A program made the translations under genes and the position numbers. A model generated the notes under the pieces. It did no database searches. It saw only the letters and a program-made list of their open reading frames with translations, and was not told where the DNA came from. From Bacteroidia bacterium (GTDB lineage: Bacteria > Bacteroidota > Bacteroidia > UKL13-3), in the NCBI GenBank assembly GCA_044351265.1, contig JBILGC010000002.1:19797-83796 (forward strand): a stretch of DNA of 64,000 nucleotides. Reading direction: 5' to 3'. Positions 19,621 through 29,983 of the stretch are shown here, in pieces (within the stretch, counting starts at the first letter, position 1; every line of letters begins with the position of its first letter).

Positions 19621-20340
19621 TTATTCTTCCAATAAAATTTCTATATGGGCTCTTTTACTTAGTTTATTAAAAAGCTCCAGTTGTTGTTTAACATAGTCTG
19701 TTAAATCAGCTGCCGCATTTTGGGCATAGTGGCTAATTATTCCCTGAATAGCATTTTCATGGCCATATCTTTTTAATCCCCATTCATTAATCTTATTTGC
19801 GCTCTTTATAGGCGTGCCATATGCTGTAAGAAACGGTGGAATGTCTTTGTTTATGATAGACCCCATGCCAACCATGGAAAAACTGCCAATTGTGCTTCTT
19901 TGGTGTATAATGCTCGATAAGCCAATATTGGCATATGGCAAAATATTTGTATGTCCGCCTATCTGTGTATTATTGGATAAGATCACGTTATCATGAATAA
20001 TTGTATCATGGGAAATATGGTTATAGGCCATAATATAACAATGATCAGCAATCTTAGTAAAAGCAGTAGAAGTTGGCATGTGAACAGTTGTAAATTCTCT
20101 AATTACATTATTGGAGCCAATAATAACCTCCCTTTTGTGCGACTCCTCTTCAGAAAAGCCGTTTATTTCATGTTTCTTAACACTATGCTGGCAGAGTTCG
20201 CCAATTACAGTATGCGAGCCAATAAAATTATTGTTACCAATGATTGTTCCTTTTTTAATTACAGCATAATGGCCAATATAATTGTTATCTCCCAGCTCAA
20301 CCGCACTGTCTATAAATGCTGTTTTCTCAATGCGATTCAT
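19621..20340 (-). CDS. LpxA-family acyl-ACP-dependent acyltransferase (left-handed beta-helix plus LpxA-type C-terminal helical domain)
   Basis: 239 aa. The active-site block …YNHISHDTIIHDNVILSNNTQIGGH… aligns with E. coli LpxA …[25 protein letters not shown]… (from memory). The C-terminal …DIPPFLTAYGTPIKSANKINEWGLKRYGHENAIQGIISHYAQ… aligns with LpxA …[44 protein letters not shown]… Generic WbpD/PglD-type acetyltransferases do not have that C-terminal domain. Confidence 0.8.
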   Translation of the reverse strand: MNRIEKTAFIDSAVELGDNNYIGHYAVIKKGTIIGNNNFIGSHTVIGELCQHSVKKHEINGFSEEESHKREVIIGSNNVIREFTTVHMPTSTAFTKIADHCYIMAYNHISHDTIIHDNVILSNNTQIGGHTNILPYANIGLSSIIHQRSTIGSFSMVGMGSIINKDIPPFLTAYGTPIKSANKINEWGLKRYGHENAIQGIISHYAQNAAADLTDYVKQQLELFNKLSKRAHIEILLEE

Positions 20341-21383
20341 GCCCTATCGTAAATTTTTTGAATGGCCTCTATTGTTTTCATTCCCTCGTCACCCTCTACT
20401 ACATTATGTCTTTCATTCAATAATTCCGCAACTACATCATGCACCACTTTGTCGTGGTTGGAACTTGTGCCTTGGTATTTGCCGTAGGCATTTGGCTTAT
20501 CATTAAACTCTATTTCCTCCGGAAGCGGATATGATTTCACATCCCAGAATTCTATTTTATTCAAGTATTGGCCCCCAATTTTAATGGTTCCGTTTTCGCC
20601 AATAATGGTTATGCTGCCTTCATAATTTTTATTATAAACGCAAGTAGTCCATACAATTGAGCCCATAACTCCGGAGTTGAAGGTGACCAAAGATTGGCCG
20701 CAGTCTTCAATCTCAATATCATGGTTCTTGGTTTCAATTTGTGTTTTTGCATTCACAATATCGCCAAACCACCAAATTAACAAATCTATAAAATGGCTAA
20801 CCTGGGTGTGTAATGCCCCACCTTCTAATTTTTTGCTACCCCTCCAATTAGAATCTTTATAGTAACCCTGATGACGATTCCACAGCACGTTGCACTGCAC
20901 CATAAAAATTTGCCCTAGAAAGCCGCTGTCAAGTGCTTGTTTGGTTAATGCAATAGGCACATTATAACGGTTTTGTTTCACAACCATCAACTTCACATTA
21001 TTCAACTTTGCAGCTTCTATCATTCGGTGACAATCAGCAACATTTAATGCCATTGGTTTTTCTACCAGTATATTCTTCTTAGCATTCGCTGCTTTAATCG
21101 CCATCTCTGCATGCAAACCATGAGGCGTACAAATATTAACCACATCGGCATCGCATTTAGCCAGCATGTCTTCATAATCGGTATAATAGGTAATACCGCC
21201 ATAGGTTTCGGATAAGGTTTTAACCTTTTGCTCATCTGTATCGCATAGCGCAACAATCTCTGCGCGCTCCTCGGCATCTGTCACTGCAATATGGCGAGAA
21301 CCAATGCTGCCACAGCCTACAATGGCAAATTTTATCTTATTACTCATCGGCTCAATATTCGAATTTTTAACTTGTTTAATCAA
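20337..21383 (-). CDS. Gfo/Idh/MocA-family NAD-dependent sugar-nucleotide oxidoreductase (GnnA/WbpB-like)
   Basis: 348 aa. N-terminal Rossmann …KFAIVGCGSIGSRH…, and a family-typical central region (…VEKPMALNVADCHRMIEAAK…). Confidence 0.88.
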   Translation of the reverse strand: MIKQVKNSNIEPMSNKIKFAIVGCGSIGSRHIAVTDAEERAEIVALCDTDEQKVKTLSETYGGITYYTDYEDMLAKCDADVVNICTPHGLHAEMAIKAANAKKNILVEKPMALNVADCHRMIEAAKLNNVKLMVVKQNRYNVPIALTKQALDSGFLGQIFMVQCNVLWNRHQGYYKDSNWRGSKKLEGGALHTQVSHFIDLLIWWFGDIVNAKTQIETKNHDIEIEDCGQSLVTFNSGVMGSIVWTTCVYNKNYEGSITIIGENGTIKIGGQYLNKIEFWDVKSYPLPEEIEFNDKPNAYGKYQGTSSNHDKVVHDVVAELLNERHNVVEGDEGMKTIEAIQKIYDRA

Positions 21384-21457
21384 GCTATTTTATTAATAAT
21401 TAAAAAGAATTAAGGGTTTTACTTAATACTATTTGAATAATACACTCAAAAATACAC

Positions 21458-22288
21458 TTATTCAAATTTTACTTGCTCAACTAATATCTTCTTTAACGCA
21501 TCCAACGTCTCTTGAGTAACCAACTCATGCTTTTTATTTAACAAAAACACCTTACTGTTTTCAAACCTGTTTCGCACGTATTTAATCATTTTGTAAGGTG
21601 GGGCCAAGGCATCGTTTTTACCAACAATCAGTATCACTTTAATTTTATGCTTGTTTGCTAGTTTGGCAACGTTAGCTAGATTTGTTCTGAGTTTGCGTTG
21701 TGCAATCCATGTTTTATAAACCTTTGTCATACGTTGTTTTTCACCAATATTTTTTAATGAAAACAGGTATGTCGATCTGTTTAATATTTTCCATCTGTAA
21801 AGGCGTTGCAGCCAATTAGATAAAACAGCATAGTTATTTGCAACATGTCTAAAAACCAATAAACCCAAAATGGTGCCTGTTGTAAAATTCACTAGTTGAT
21901 TAAATTCAATTGTTGGGGGCGATAAAAGAATTAAACGTTCTATTTTTTCAGGAAAAGCACACACGATTGCCCGCAACATTCTGGTGCCCATGCTGAATGA
22001 GCAAACTGTTAACTTTTTTAAAACCAACTCTTCCTGAGCGGCTATGCCCAATACAATATCTCGTAAATCCATTTCAGTAAAATCTCTTGGCTCCCTCCAT
22101 TCAGAAAACCCATGCCAGAAAAAGTCAATAGCAATGAGTGTATACCTATCTTTTAACAATTGCCCCACGGGGGCATAGGCGCTGCCGGTTTGATCGTAGC
22201 CATGAAAAGCAACCATTATTTCTTTTCCGCTGCCATAGCGGTAATAAGAAATTGGTGAGTTGTTATATAGATAATTTTTTTGCTCCAA
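21458..22288 (-). CDS. Alpha/beta-fold hydrolase
   Basis: 276 aa. …MVAFHGYDQTG… and nucleophile-elbow-like …CSFSMGT…. Confidence 0.55.
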   Translation of the reverse strand: MEQKNYLYNNSPISYYRYGSGKEIMVAFHGYDQTGSAYAPVGQLLKDRYTLIAIDFFWHGFSEWREPRDFTEMDLRDIVLGIAAQEELVLKKLTVCSFSMGTRMLRAIVCAFPEKIERLILLSPPTIEFNQLVNFTTGTILGLLVFRHVANNYAVLSNWLQRLYRWKILNRSTYLFSLKNIGEKQRMTKVYKTWIAQRKLRTNLANVAKLANKHKIKVILIVGKNDALAPPYKMIKYVRNRFENSKVFLLNKKHELVTQETLDALKKILVEQVKFE

Positions 22289-22343
22289 ATCGACCCTGAA
22301 TATACAACCTGTTGACTAATCTTTTATGCACAACTCTTTTCGG

Positions 22344-22366
22344 TTTGAATTATTCGTTTATTTTTG
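22344..22366 (+). promoter_or_regulatory. Candidate Bacteroidota sigma-A promoter for carB (TTTG … TAttTTTG)
   Basis: TTTG at 22344-22347 and a TAnnTTTG-type -7 element tatttttg at 22359-22366, about 60 nt upstream of the carB ATG. The 11-nt spacer is shorter than the usual spacing, so this is tentative. Confidence 0.25.
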
Positions 22367-22425
22367 CCCAATTTTCAGACATAGGTAACTTGTCCTGTCG
22401 GGGAAGGTTTTAATTTAACTACCAT

Positions 22426-25251
22426 TTGCTCATGCCCAAAGACCCCAGTATCAAATCAGTACTTATTATCGGCAGCGGACCTATTATTATCGGACAAGCC
22501 TGCGAGTTTGACTACTCAGGCAGTCAGGCAGCCCGTTCGCTGAAAGAAGAAGGAATCGAAGTAACGCTTATTAATAGCAACCCGGCTACCATCATGACGG
22601 ATCCGGTTACTGCCGATAATGTTTATTTGCTTCCATTAACTTCAGACTCTATTGATAAAATTCTTACAGAAAGAAAAATTGATGCCGTGCTTCCAACTAT
22701 GGGTGGGCAAACCGCACTTAATTTATGTATTGAATGCGAAGAGCTAGGTATATGGCAAAAACATGGGGTAAGATTAATTGGCGTTGATACTAAAGCCATC
22801 GATACGGTAGAAAACCGTGAATTGTTCAGGCAGAAGATGATTGAGTTGGGCATTGCCGTTGCCCCTTCTCGTACGGCAAATTCTTTTCTTGAAGGCAAAG
22901 AAATTGCTCAAGAACTTGGCCTTCCAATCGTTATCAGGCCTTCATACACATTAGGTGGCACAGGTGGCGGCTTTGTGCTAAAAAAGGAAGAGCTGGATGC
23001 TGCCCTGCAGAAAGGCCTTTCGGCCTCGCCAACCCATGAAGTGCTGGTAGAAAAAGCAGTATTTGGATGGAAAGAATACGAACTGGAACTGTTACGCGAT
23101 AAGGCAGATAATGTAGCGGTTATTTGTGTTATCGAAAACTTTGACCCGATGGGCATTCATACAGGCGACTCCATTACCGTGGCACCTGCCATGACTTTAA
23201 GCGACACCTGCTATCAACGCATGCGCGATATGGCCATTCATATGATGCGTAGCATTGGCAATTTTCATGGTGGCTGCAACGTGCAGTTTGCTGTGAACCC
23301 CGAAAATGAAGATATTATTGCCATTGAAATCAATCCGCGTGTATCACGCTCTTCGGCACTGGCATCTAAAGCAACAGGTTATCCTATTGCAAAAATTGCT
23401 TCCAAGCTGGCTATTGGCTATACGCTGGATGAATTGAAAAATCCGGTCACAAAAACCACTTCGGCATATTTTGAACCCGCATTGGATTATGTGATTGTAA
23501 AAGTGCCTCGCTGGAATTTCGATAAATTTAAAGGTGCAGATAAGCGATTGGGCTTACAAATGAAATCGGTTGGTGAAACCATGGGCATAGGCCGCACATT
23601 TATTGAAGCCCTTCAAAAAGCCATTCAGTCTCTTGAAATAAAACGCAGTGGCCTAGGTGCAGATGGCTACCAAAGTCGTAACCTGGAACAGATTGTAGAG
23701 AAACTTAAAAACCCATCTTGGGATAGAATATTTGCCGTTAAAGATGCTTTAAGCTTGGGTATGCCCATTTCGTCTATTGAAAAAATTACAGGTATTGATC
23801 GCTGGTTCTTAAACCAAATTAACGACCTGGCACTTATTGAAGCACAAACCAGAAGGTTTAATTTAAAAAATTTACCGAAGCAGTTGCTTATAGATCTTAA
23901 GCAAAAAGGGTATACCGATGTGCAAATTGCACATCTGGTTGGAGGCGATATAACCGAGGATGATGTCTGGAACCTGCGAAAAGACTATGGAGTTAACCGG
24001 GTATACAAAATGGTTGATACCTGCGCTGCAGAGTTTCCATCACCAACAAACTACTTTTACTCTTCTTTTGATGGAGAAAACGAAAGTGTAGTTTCAGATA
24101 AGAAAAAAATAATCGTACTCGGTTCGGGGCCTAACCGTATTGGCCAAGGTATAGAGTTTGACTATTGTTGTGTGCATGGGTTGCTTGCTGCAAAGGAATG
24201 TGGTTATGAAGCAATCATGATAAATTGCAACCCCGAAACGGTGAGTACAGATTTTGATATGGCCGATAAACTTTATTTTGAACCTGTATTTTGGGAACAC
24301 CTGCGCGAAATTATTGAGCTTGAAAAACCGGAAGGCGTGATTGTGCAACTGGGCGGCCAAACCGCGCTTAAACTGGCAAAAAAACTACATGAAGCCGGCA
24401 TTAAAATTATTGGCACCAGCTTTCCCGACATGGACCTTTCAGAAGATCGAGGATCTTTCTCTGATCTATTAAAAGAGCTAGGCATACCATACCCTGATTA
24501 TGGAGTCGCAGAAGATGCCGAAGAAGCCATACAGGTGGCAAACAAGGTTGGATATCCTGTTTTGGTTAGACCATCATATGTGCTCGGTGGCCAAGGAATG
24601 AAAATTGTAATTAATGACGAAGATCTAGAAAAAGCTGTTATAGAACTGCTAGGCGATTTACCGGGTAACCGTGTACTCATTGACCATTTCCTTGATCGAG
24701 CAGAAGAGGCAGAAATAGATTTGATCTGTGACGGAACAGACGTGCACATTGTGGGTATGATGGAACACATTGAACCTGCGGGTATACATTCAGGAGACTC
24801 CAGTGCGGTGTTACCTCCATTTAGCTTAAGCAAACAGGTGCAGGACCAGATGGAAGCCTATGCAATTAAACTTGCGCACAAAATGAATATTCGCGGTTTA
24901 CTAAATATTCAGTTTGCTATAAAAAACGAAAAGGTTTATGTAATAGAAGCCAACCCGCGCGGCTCACGCACGGTTCCTTTTATCGCCAAAGCCTATCAAA
25001 TTCCATATGTAAACATTGCTACTAAGATTATGATGGGTACTCATAAGCTCAAAGATTTTACTTTTGAAAGAAAGTTAACAGGATACGCCATTAAAGAGCC
25101 TGTTTTTTCGTTCAATAAATTTGAAGGCGTAAACAAAGAGTTGGGGCCGGAAATGAAATCAACAGGAGAGGCCATTCGTTTTATAAAAGATTTACAAGAC
25201 CCCATCTTCCGTCAGTGGACAAAAGAAAAAAGCATGTATCTGAGCAGATAA
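22426..25251 (+). CDS. carB: Carbamoyl-phosphate synthase large subunit; short form of 941 aa
   Basis: Two ATP-grasp halves with the conserved …[18 protein letters not shown]… and …[19 protein letters not shown]… openers, and the oligomerisation domain in between. The ORF ends right after the second synthetase domain, so there is no C-terminal MGS-like allosteric domain. carA is not adjacent. Confidence 0.95.
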   Translation: MLMPKDPSIKSVLIIGSGPIIIGQACEFDYSGSQAARSLKEEGIEVTLINSNPATIMTDPVTADNVYLLPLTSDSIDKILTERKIDAVLPTMGGQTALNLCIECEELGIWQKHGVRLIGVDTKAIDTVENRELFRQKMIELGIAVAPSRTANSFLEGKEIAQELGLPIVIRPSYTLGGTGGGFVLKKEELDAALQKGLSASPTHEVLVEKAVFGWKEYELELLRDKADNVAVICVIENFDPMGIHTGDSITVAPAMTLSDTCYQRMRDMAIHMMRSIGNFHGGCNVQFAVNPENEDIIAIEINPRVSRSSALASKATGYPIAKIASKLAIGYTLDELKNPVTKTTSAYFEPALDYVIVKVPRWNFDKFKGADKRLGLQMKSVGETMGIGRTFIEALQKAIQSLEIKRSGLGADGYQSRNLEQIVEKLKNPSWDRIFAVKDALSLGMPISSIEKITGIDRWFLNQINDLALIEAQTRRFNLKNLPKQLLIDLKQKGYTDVQIAHLVGGDITEDDVWNLRKDYGVNRVYKMVDTCAAEFPSPTNYFYSSFDGENESVVSDKKKIIVLGSGPNRIGQGIEFDYCCVHGLLAAKECGYEAIMINCNPETVSTDFDMADKLYFEPVFWEHLREIIELEKPEGVIVQLGGQTALKLAKKLHEAGIKIIGTSFPDMDLSEDRGSFSDLLKELGIPYPDYGVAEDAEEAIQVANKVGYPVLVRPSYVLGGQGMKIVINDEDLEKAVIELLGDLPGNRVLIDHFLDRAEEAEIDLICDGTDVHIVGMMEHIEPAGIHSGDSSAVLPPFSLSKQVQDQMEAYAIKLAHKMNIRGLLNIQFAIKNEKVYVIEANPRGSRTVPFIAKAYQIPYVNIATKIMMGTHKLKDFTFERKLTGYAIKEPVFSFNKFEGVNKELGPEMKSTGEAIRFIKDLQDPIFRQWTKEKSMYLSR

Positions 25252-25273
25252 TTTTGCTCCAAAAATTTTAACA

Positions 25274-26098
25274 ATGAAAGGCCCTATAGGTGTATTTGAC
25301 TCTGGTTATGGTGGGCTCACTATCTTGCGTGAGTTTGTGAAACACCTCCCTCAATATGACTATATTTATCTGGGCGATAATGCGCGGGCTCCTTATGGTA
25401 ATCGCTCCTTTGATACTGTTCATCAATACACATTGCATTGCGTGCGCCAATTGTTTGATATGGGTTGCCCGTTGGTAATATTGGCCTGCAATACTGCATC
25501 GGCAAAGGCCTTGCGCACCATACAGCAAAAAGATTTACCCCATATCGATCCCTCTAAACGTGTGCTGGGCGTTATTAGACCCACTACAGAAATAATAGGG
25601 CAATTTTCAAAAACGGGCCATATTGGAGTGTTTGCAACAGCCGGCACCGTGGCTTCGGGTTCTTATGTGGTAGAAATTGAAAAGTTTTTTCCGCAGTCAC
25701 ATGTTGTCCAAGAGGCTTGCCCTATGTGGGTGCCATTGGTAGAAAACAATGAGTTTAATAAACCCGGGGCCGATTATTTCATCAAGCAACATATTGATGC
25801 GCTGCTCCAAAAAGATCCGGATATTGATACCATTGTGCTGGGTTGCACCCATTATCCTTTGCTTGAAGAAAAAATCAGATACTTTCTACCGAAACACATA
25901 GCCCTACTTTCTCAGGGACATATAGTGGCCAATAGCCTAAAAAACTATTTGCAACGACATGTGGCCTTGAAAGAGAAACTCTCGCTAAACAATACCGTGC
26001 GCTTTTTTACCACCGATGATGCAAATATGTTTAACACGCATGCCTCCGTGTTTTTTGGTCATGAAATAAGCTCGCAGCACCTGTCTTTACATATGTAA
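25274..26098 (+). CDS. murI: Glutamate racemase
   Basis: 274 aa. …IGVFDSGYGGLTIL…, …YLGDNARAPYG…, …ILACNTASA… are the MurI motifs. Confidence 0.93.
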   Translation: MKGPIGVFDSGYGGLTILREFVKHLPQYDYIYLGDNARAPYGNRSFDTVHQYTLHCVRQLFDMGCPLVILACNTASAKALRTIQQKDLPHIDPSKRVLGVIRPTTEIIGQFSKTGHIGVFATAGTVASGSYVVEIEKFFPQSHVVQEACPMWVPLVENNEFNKPGADYFIKQHIDALLQKDPDIDTIVLGCTHYPLLEEKIRYFLPKHIALLSQGHIVANSLKNYLQRHVALKEKLSLNNTVRFFTTDDANMFNTHASVFFGHEISSQHLSLHM

Positions 26099-26140
26099 AT
26101 GATTTACTAACTTTGCTGCCTCAACGGCACATATACTATC

Positions 26141-26368
26141 ATGTTCAAATTTTTATTATACCTATTTCTGTTCTATGTGATTTTTCGTTTCATATTCGGA
26201 AGATTATTTGGCATCACCGTAAAATCAAAAGTTTATACATATGGCCAGCAACGCCAGCAAAACCCTCATAAAAAGGAAGGCGAAATACGCATTGATACCA
26301 AACAAACAAAATCAAGTGGCAACTCAAGTAATCTGGGCGAATACGTAGACTACGAAGAAATAAAGTGA
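26141..26368 (+). CDS. Small membrane protein (DUF4834-like)
   Basis: 75 aa. One N-terminal TM helix (FKFLLYLFLFYVIFRFIFG), a Q/K-rich linker, and a C-terminal …GEYVDYEEIK. Translationally coupled to the next gene. Confidence 0.4.
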   Translation: MFKFLLYLFLFYVIFRFIFGRLFGITVKSKVYTYGQQRQQNPHKKEGEIRIDTKQTKSSGNSSNLGEYVDYEEIK

Positions 26369-27489
26369 AAAAGCTAAATATTTTAGCCATTGTTCCCTAC
26401 CCTTTTTTGCCCCCAACCTGTGGTGGCGACTACTCTTCTATGAGGCTGTTTAATGCTTTGGGCAAACAACAGAATGTTACATTGTTTACCTGCGAACCTT
26501 TCAGCTCTGTTGCCCACCTGCATTTTGATTTCGAGATGATTTCGTATGTGAAATTTAAACCACAACGATACATTAATTTGTTTTTAGTTTATGATTTGCT
26601 CAGGCTCATTAAGAGTAAAAAGATTGATACCATTTTCATGGAACAGCCATGGTTTTGGGGCATGGCATTTTTTCTGAAACTCTTTAGCGGAAAAACCATG
26701 GTAATGCGCTCAAATAATATAGAGTTTTTGCGTTTCAAATCCGTTAATAAATGGTGGTGGTGGTTTTTGTTTGTTTATGAACGCTGGTGCCTGCGTGGCA
26801 TGGATTATGTGTTTTTTGTTACCGAAGAAGACCGCAACAGGGCTATAAAGTATTTTGGAATTGATGAACATAAAACATTGGTAACACCATATGGAATAGA
26901 CCGACAGGAGCCCCCTGCAAATAGCAAACAATCTTGTGAATTGATTAGGTCCCGTTATAACATTAAACCGCATCAGCGGATATTATTATTTTTTGGCTCG
27001 CTTGATTACCCGCCCAACCGTGAAGCACTTGATGTAATGCTAAAAAAGGTTTTGCCATTGCTTGAAAAAGATAGATATGTGTTTATGGTTTGTGGGCGCA
27101 GAGCGCAGCCCGATTTTCTTGCAGACATAAATGGGAATAACCAAATTATTCATGCCGGCTTTGTAGAAGATATTGATCATTATGTAATGGCTGCTGATGT
27201 AGTTGTGAATCCGATTTTAAGCGGTGGGGGCATCAAGACAAAAGCTGTTGATGCGCTGGCGCTAAACAAAATTGTGGTATCAACTCAAACTGGCGCAGAG
27301 GGCATCGATCCCAGTATATGCGGCCAAAATTTGATTGTGATTTCAGACAATAACTGGCAATCTTTTGCAGAAGCAATAAATATTCAGATAGATAAAACGC
27401 CTGTAATACCCCAAAACTTCTACTCCCACTTTAGCTGGAAAGGAATTGCCATGCAAATGGGGGATAAAATAAATGCGCTTATAAAATAA
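26365..27489 (+). CDS. Glycosyltransferase, family 4 / GT-B
   Basis: 374 aa. …LLFFGSLDYPPNREALDVMLKKVLP… and …GGGIKTKAVDALALNKIVVST… (GT1/GT4 C-terminal domain). Confidence 0.75.
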   Translation: MKKLNILAIVPYPFLPPTCGGDYSSMRLFNALGKQQNVTLFTCEPFSSVAHLHFDFEMISYVKFKPQRYINLFLVYDLLRLIKSKKIDTIFMEQPWFWGMAFFLKLFSGKTMVMRSNNIEFLRFKSVNKWWWWFLFVYERWCLRGMDYVFFVTEEDRNRAIKYFGIDEHKTLVTPYGIDRQEPPANSKQSCELIRSRYNIKPHQRILLFFGSLDYPPNREALDVMLKKVLPLLEKDRYVFMVCGRRAQPDFLADINGNNQIIHAGFVEDIDHYVMAADVVVNPILSGGGIKTKAVDALALNKIVVSTQTGAEGIDPSICGQNLIVISDNNWQSFAEAINIQIDKTPVIPQNFYSHFSWKGIAMQMGDKINALIK

Positions 27490-27499
27490 GGATTGAAGA

Positions 27500-28162
27500 C
27501 TACCAGTCTTCCTCATCAACAAAAACGGGATCTTTCATGGCCTTTACAAAGCCATTAATCATCTTGTTCAGCTCTTTATCGGCATAACGCAATGTCTGGT
27601 CACTACCTTTAATATTAATGGTAGTCGTATAGTAATATTCAAAATAATTTCTGGTTGCCTCACCCGCATTGCCCTTAATACCCTCATGCACCAGATTGGT
27701 GATGGAATAGCGGTAGCGCCCCTCTTTAATCCAGATCGTCATTTTAAAATTGTAGCGACCTATTGATTTTTTTGTGTATTTATTAGAGTATGAATACGCA
27801 TCTAAATACCCATTAATTACCAATTTCTGGTTTCTCTTATCTGATTGATAAGATGGTTTACCTCCAAACTGTTTCTCTGCCCATTTTTTTGCCCGCGTGT
27901 AAAGAGAGTCAGAAGGACTTTCTTCTTGCTCAATAACCCCCGTATAGGTAATAAGGTTGGTTACAGAATCAACACTGAGCTTAATTCTTTCATAGGGTTT
28001 AGCAATGGGTGCTGCAGGCTGCTGCTCTGCGCCACCTTCGGCAACTTGACTAGAGGTTGAGTCTGTTGCTCCAATATCAAATCCCGGTGAGGCGGGGTCT
28101 TGAACCTGGGCCATTGCACAATAAGAAAATATGCTACACGCTATCAACAGTATTTGTTTCAT
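27500..28162 (-). CDS. Secreted hypothetical protein
   Basis: 220 aa. Signal peptide (…SYCAMAQV) and an N-terminal low-complexity segment. No recognisable catalytic motif. Confidence 0.4.
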   Translation of the reverse strand: MKQILLIACSIFSYCAMAQVQDPASPGFDIGATDSTSSQVAEGGAEQQPAAPIAKPYERIKLSVDSVTNLITYTGVIEQEESPSDSLYTRAKKWAEKQFGGKPSYQSDKRNQKLVINGYLDAYSYSNKYTKKSIGRYNFKMTIWIKEGRYRYSITNLVHEGIKGNAGEATRNYFEYYYTTTINIKGSDQTLRYADKELNKMINGFVKAMKDPVFVDEEDW

Positions 28163-28301
28163 TTCTTTAATTCGGTAAGTTTATATTCTTGGTTTTACTA
28201 AGAGCCCCAAAAATAGGGAATCATTTTATTTTTCATAACGCCATAGTATCGATATTTTTGACACTTGATAACATTTGCGCAAGCCGCTTGTTTAATAAAT
28301 A

Positions 28302-29981
28302 GTGCAGAAACACGTATATACCATTTCAGAAATGTGCCGAAAGGCTGAAATAACACAAGTGGTTATTTCACCCGGCTCTCGCTCCGCTCCGCTTACCTTG
28401 GCATTTGCTGGCAATCCTTACTTTACCTGCCACTCCGTTACCGATGAGCGAAGTGCCGCATACATGGCATTGGGCATAGCTAGACAACTGAGGCAGCCCG
28501 TTGTTCTTGTTTGCACCTCAGGCACTGCCGCACTTAATTATTTTCCTGCCATTGCTGAAGCTTTTTTTCAGCAAGTGCCTTTAATTGTGCTTACCGCTGA
28601 TCGCCCTCCGCAACTCCTGCATCAGCAAGACGGGCAAATGATTGTTCAGAAAGATGTTTATGGAAACCATGTGCTTGCATCGTATGAATTACCCTGTTAT
28701 TTGCACGGAAAAGAAAACGAGAAAGAAACAGCAGGCATAATAGCCAAAGCAATTGCCGCTTCATGCAGCCCAATGCAGAGAGGCCCTGTGCACGTAAATA
28801 TTCCACTAATTGAACCGCTATATGAGACAATATCCAAAAGCTCACCCTATACATCATTACCGGATATTGCCACTACCCATTTTCCTGAATACAAACTTGG
28901 CTATGATGTTATGCAGTGCTGGGAAAATAGTAGCCGTGTGCTTGTTTTAGCGGGCGCTGCAGAGCCTGATATAGAACTTTTTACTACTCTTAATTTTTTA
29001 TCTGAAAACCCTAAAGTAGTAATTGCCTCCGATATTGTTTCTAATCAACACAGCATAGCAGATGTCAGCTGTTTCGATTTTATAATTGGGCATGCCGATG
29101 AGAAGCTATTGAAAATCCTTTCTCCTGATTTGCTTGTATCTTTTGGCGGACCCGTATTGTCAAAAGCTGTAAAAGGGTGGCTGCAACAACAAAAACGGAT
29201 GGCACACATTCGCATTCAAACACATCAACCGCTGGTTAATACCTATCAAAATGTAACCCATGCGATATATGCAAAGCCTGCTGAGGTCTTGAAACAATTG
29301 TCTCTGCTTCCCGTTCAACAAAAAAATGAAACTTGGAAAAAGCTATGGCAGCAAACCGATGCGCTAAGCAGGCACCGAATCAACTCTTTTGTTAATCTCA
29401 ATAAAAACAGTGAGCTTGCTATTACAGAAAACATTTTACAGCACTTACCGGATGGCGTAGATTTACACCTAGCCAACAGCAGCACTATCAGATATGCAAG
29501 TTTGCTTGGTATACACAACCATAGTTGGATTGTGCATGGCAATAGGGGCACTAGCGGTATTGACGGATGCTCGGCTACAGCAGTAGGTGCAGCATTGGTA
29601 AATAACAGGTTAACGATTTTACTTAGTGGTGATTTGGCATTTATGTATGACAGCCACGCATGGTGGATTGATGAAATTCCTGATAATATCAGAGTAGTTG
29701 TAATTAACAATGGTGGTGGTGGCATTTTTAGCCTTATTCCCGGTCCTAATATCAATAAAAAACAAACCCGTTTTTTTACTACACCACACAAACAAAACAT
29801 TGAGCAAATAACTTTGCAATACGGAATGGAATACTACTTTTGCCGCGACTTGTCCGGTTTGGAGCAAGTGTTAAATCGCTTTTTTGACCCAAGAGGTAAA
29901 GCGGCAGTACTCGAAATAAAGACCAACATGAAGGAAAACGCAAAAGCATTTAAGGCATTCGGAAAAATAAAATTACTATAA
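28302..29981 (+). CDS. menD: 2-succinyl-5-enolpyruvyl-6-hydroxy-3-cyclohexene-1-carboxylate synthase
   Basis: 559 aa. …[15 protein letters not shown]… near the N-terminus. The ThDP-binding region …[10 protein letters not shown]… and …[11 protein letters not shown]… are present. Confidence 0.92.
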   Translation: MQKHVYTISEMCRKAEITQVVISPGSRSAPLTLAFAGNPYFTCHSVTDERSAAYMALGIARQLRQPVVLVCTSGTAALNYFPAIAEAFFQQVPLIVLTADRPPQLLHQQDGQMIVQKDVYGNHVLASYELPCYLHGKENEKETAGIIAKAIAASCSPMQRGPVHVNIPLIEPLYETISKSSPYTSLPDIATTHFPEYKLGYDVMQCWENSSRVLVLAGAAEPDIELFTTLNFLSENPKVVIASDIVSNQHSIADVSCFDFIIGHADEKLLKILSPDLLVSFGGPVLSKAVKGWLQQQKRMAHIRIQTHQPLVNTYQNVTHAIYAKPAEVLKQLSLLPVQQKNETWKKLWQQTDALSRHRINSFVNLNKNSELAITENILQHLPDGVDLHLANSSTIRYASLLGIHNHSWIVHGNRGTSGIDGCSATAVGAALVNNRLTILLSGDLAFMYDSHAWWIDEIPDNIRVVVINNGGGGIFSLIPGPNINKKQTRFFTTPHKQNIEQITLQYGMEYYFCRDLSGLEQVLNRFFDPRGKAAVLEIKTNMKENAKAFKAFGKIKLL

Positions 29982-29983
29982 AA

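Noticed and set aside
29315-29800. 161-aa and 82-aa minus-strand ORFs inside menD
   Set aside because: Antisense to a conserved ThDP-enzyme domain. Spurious.
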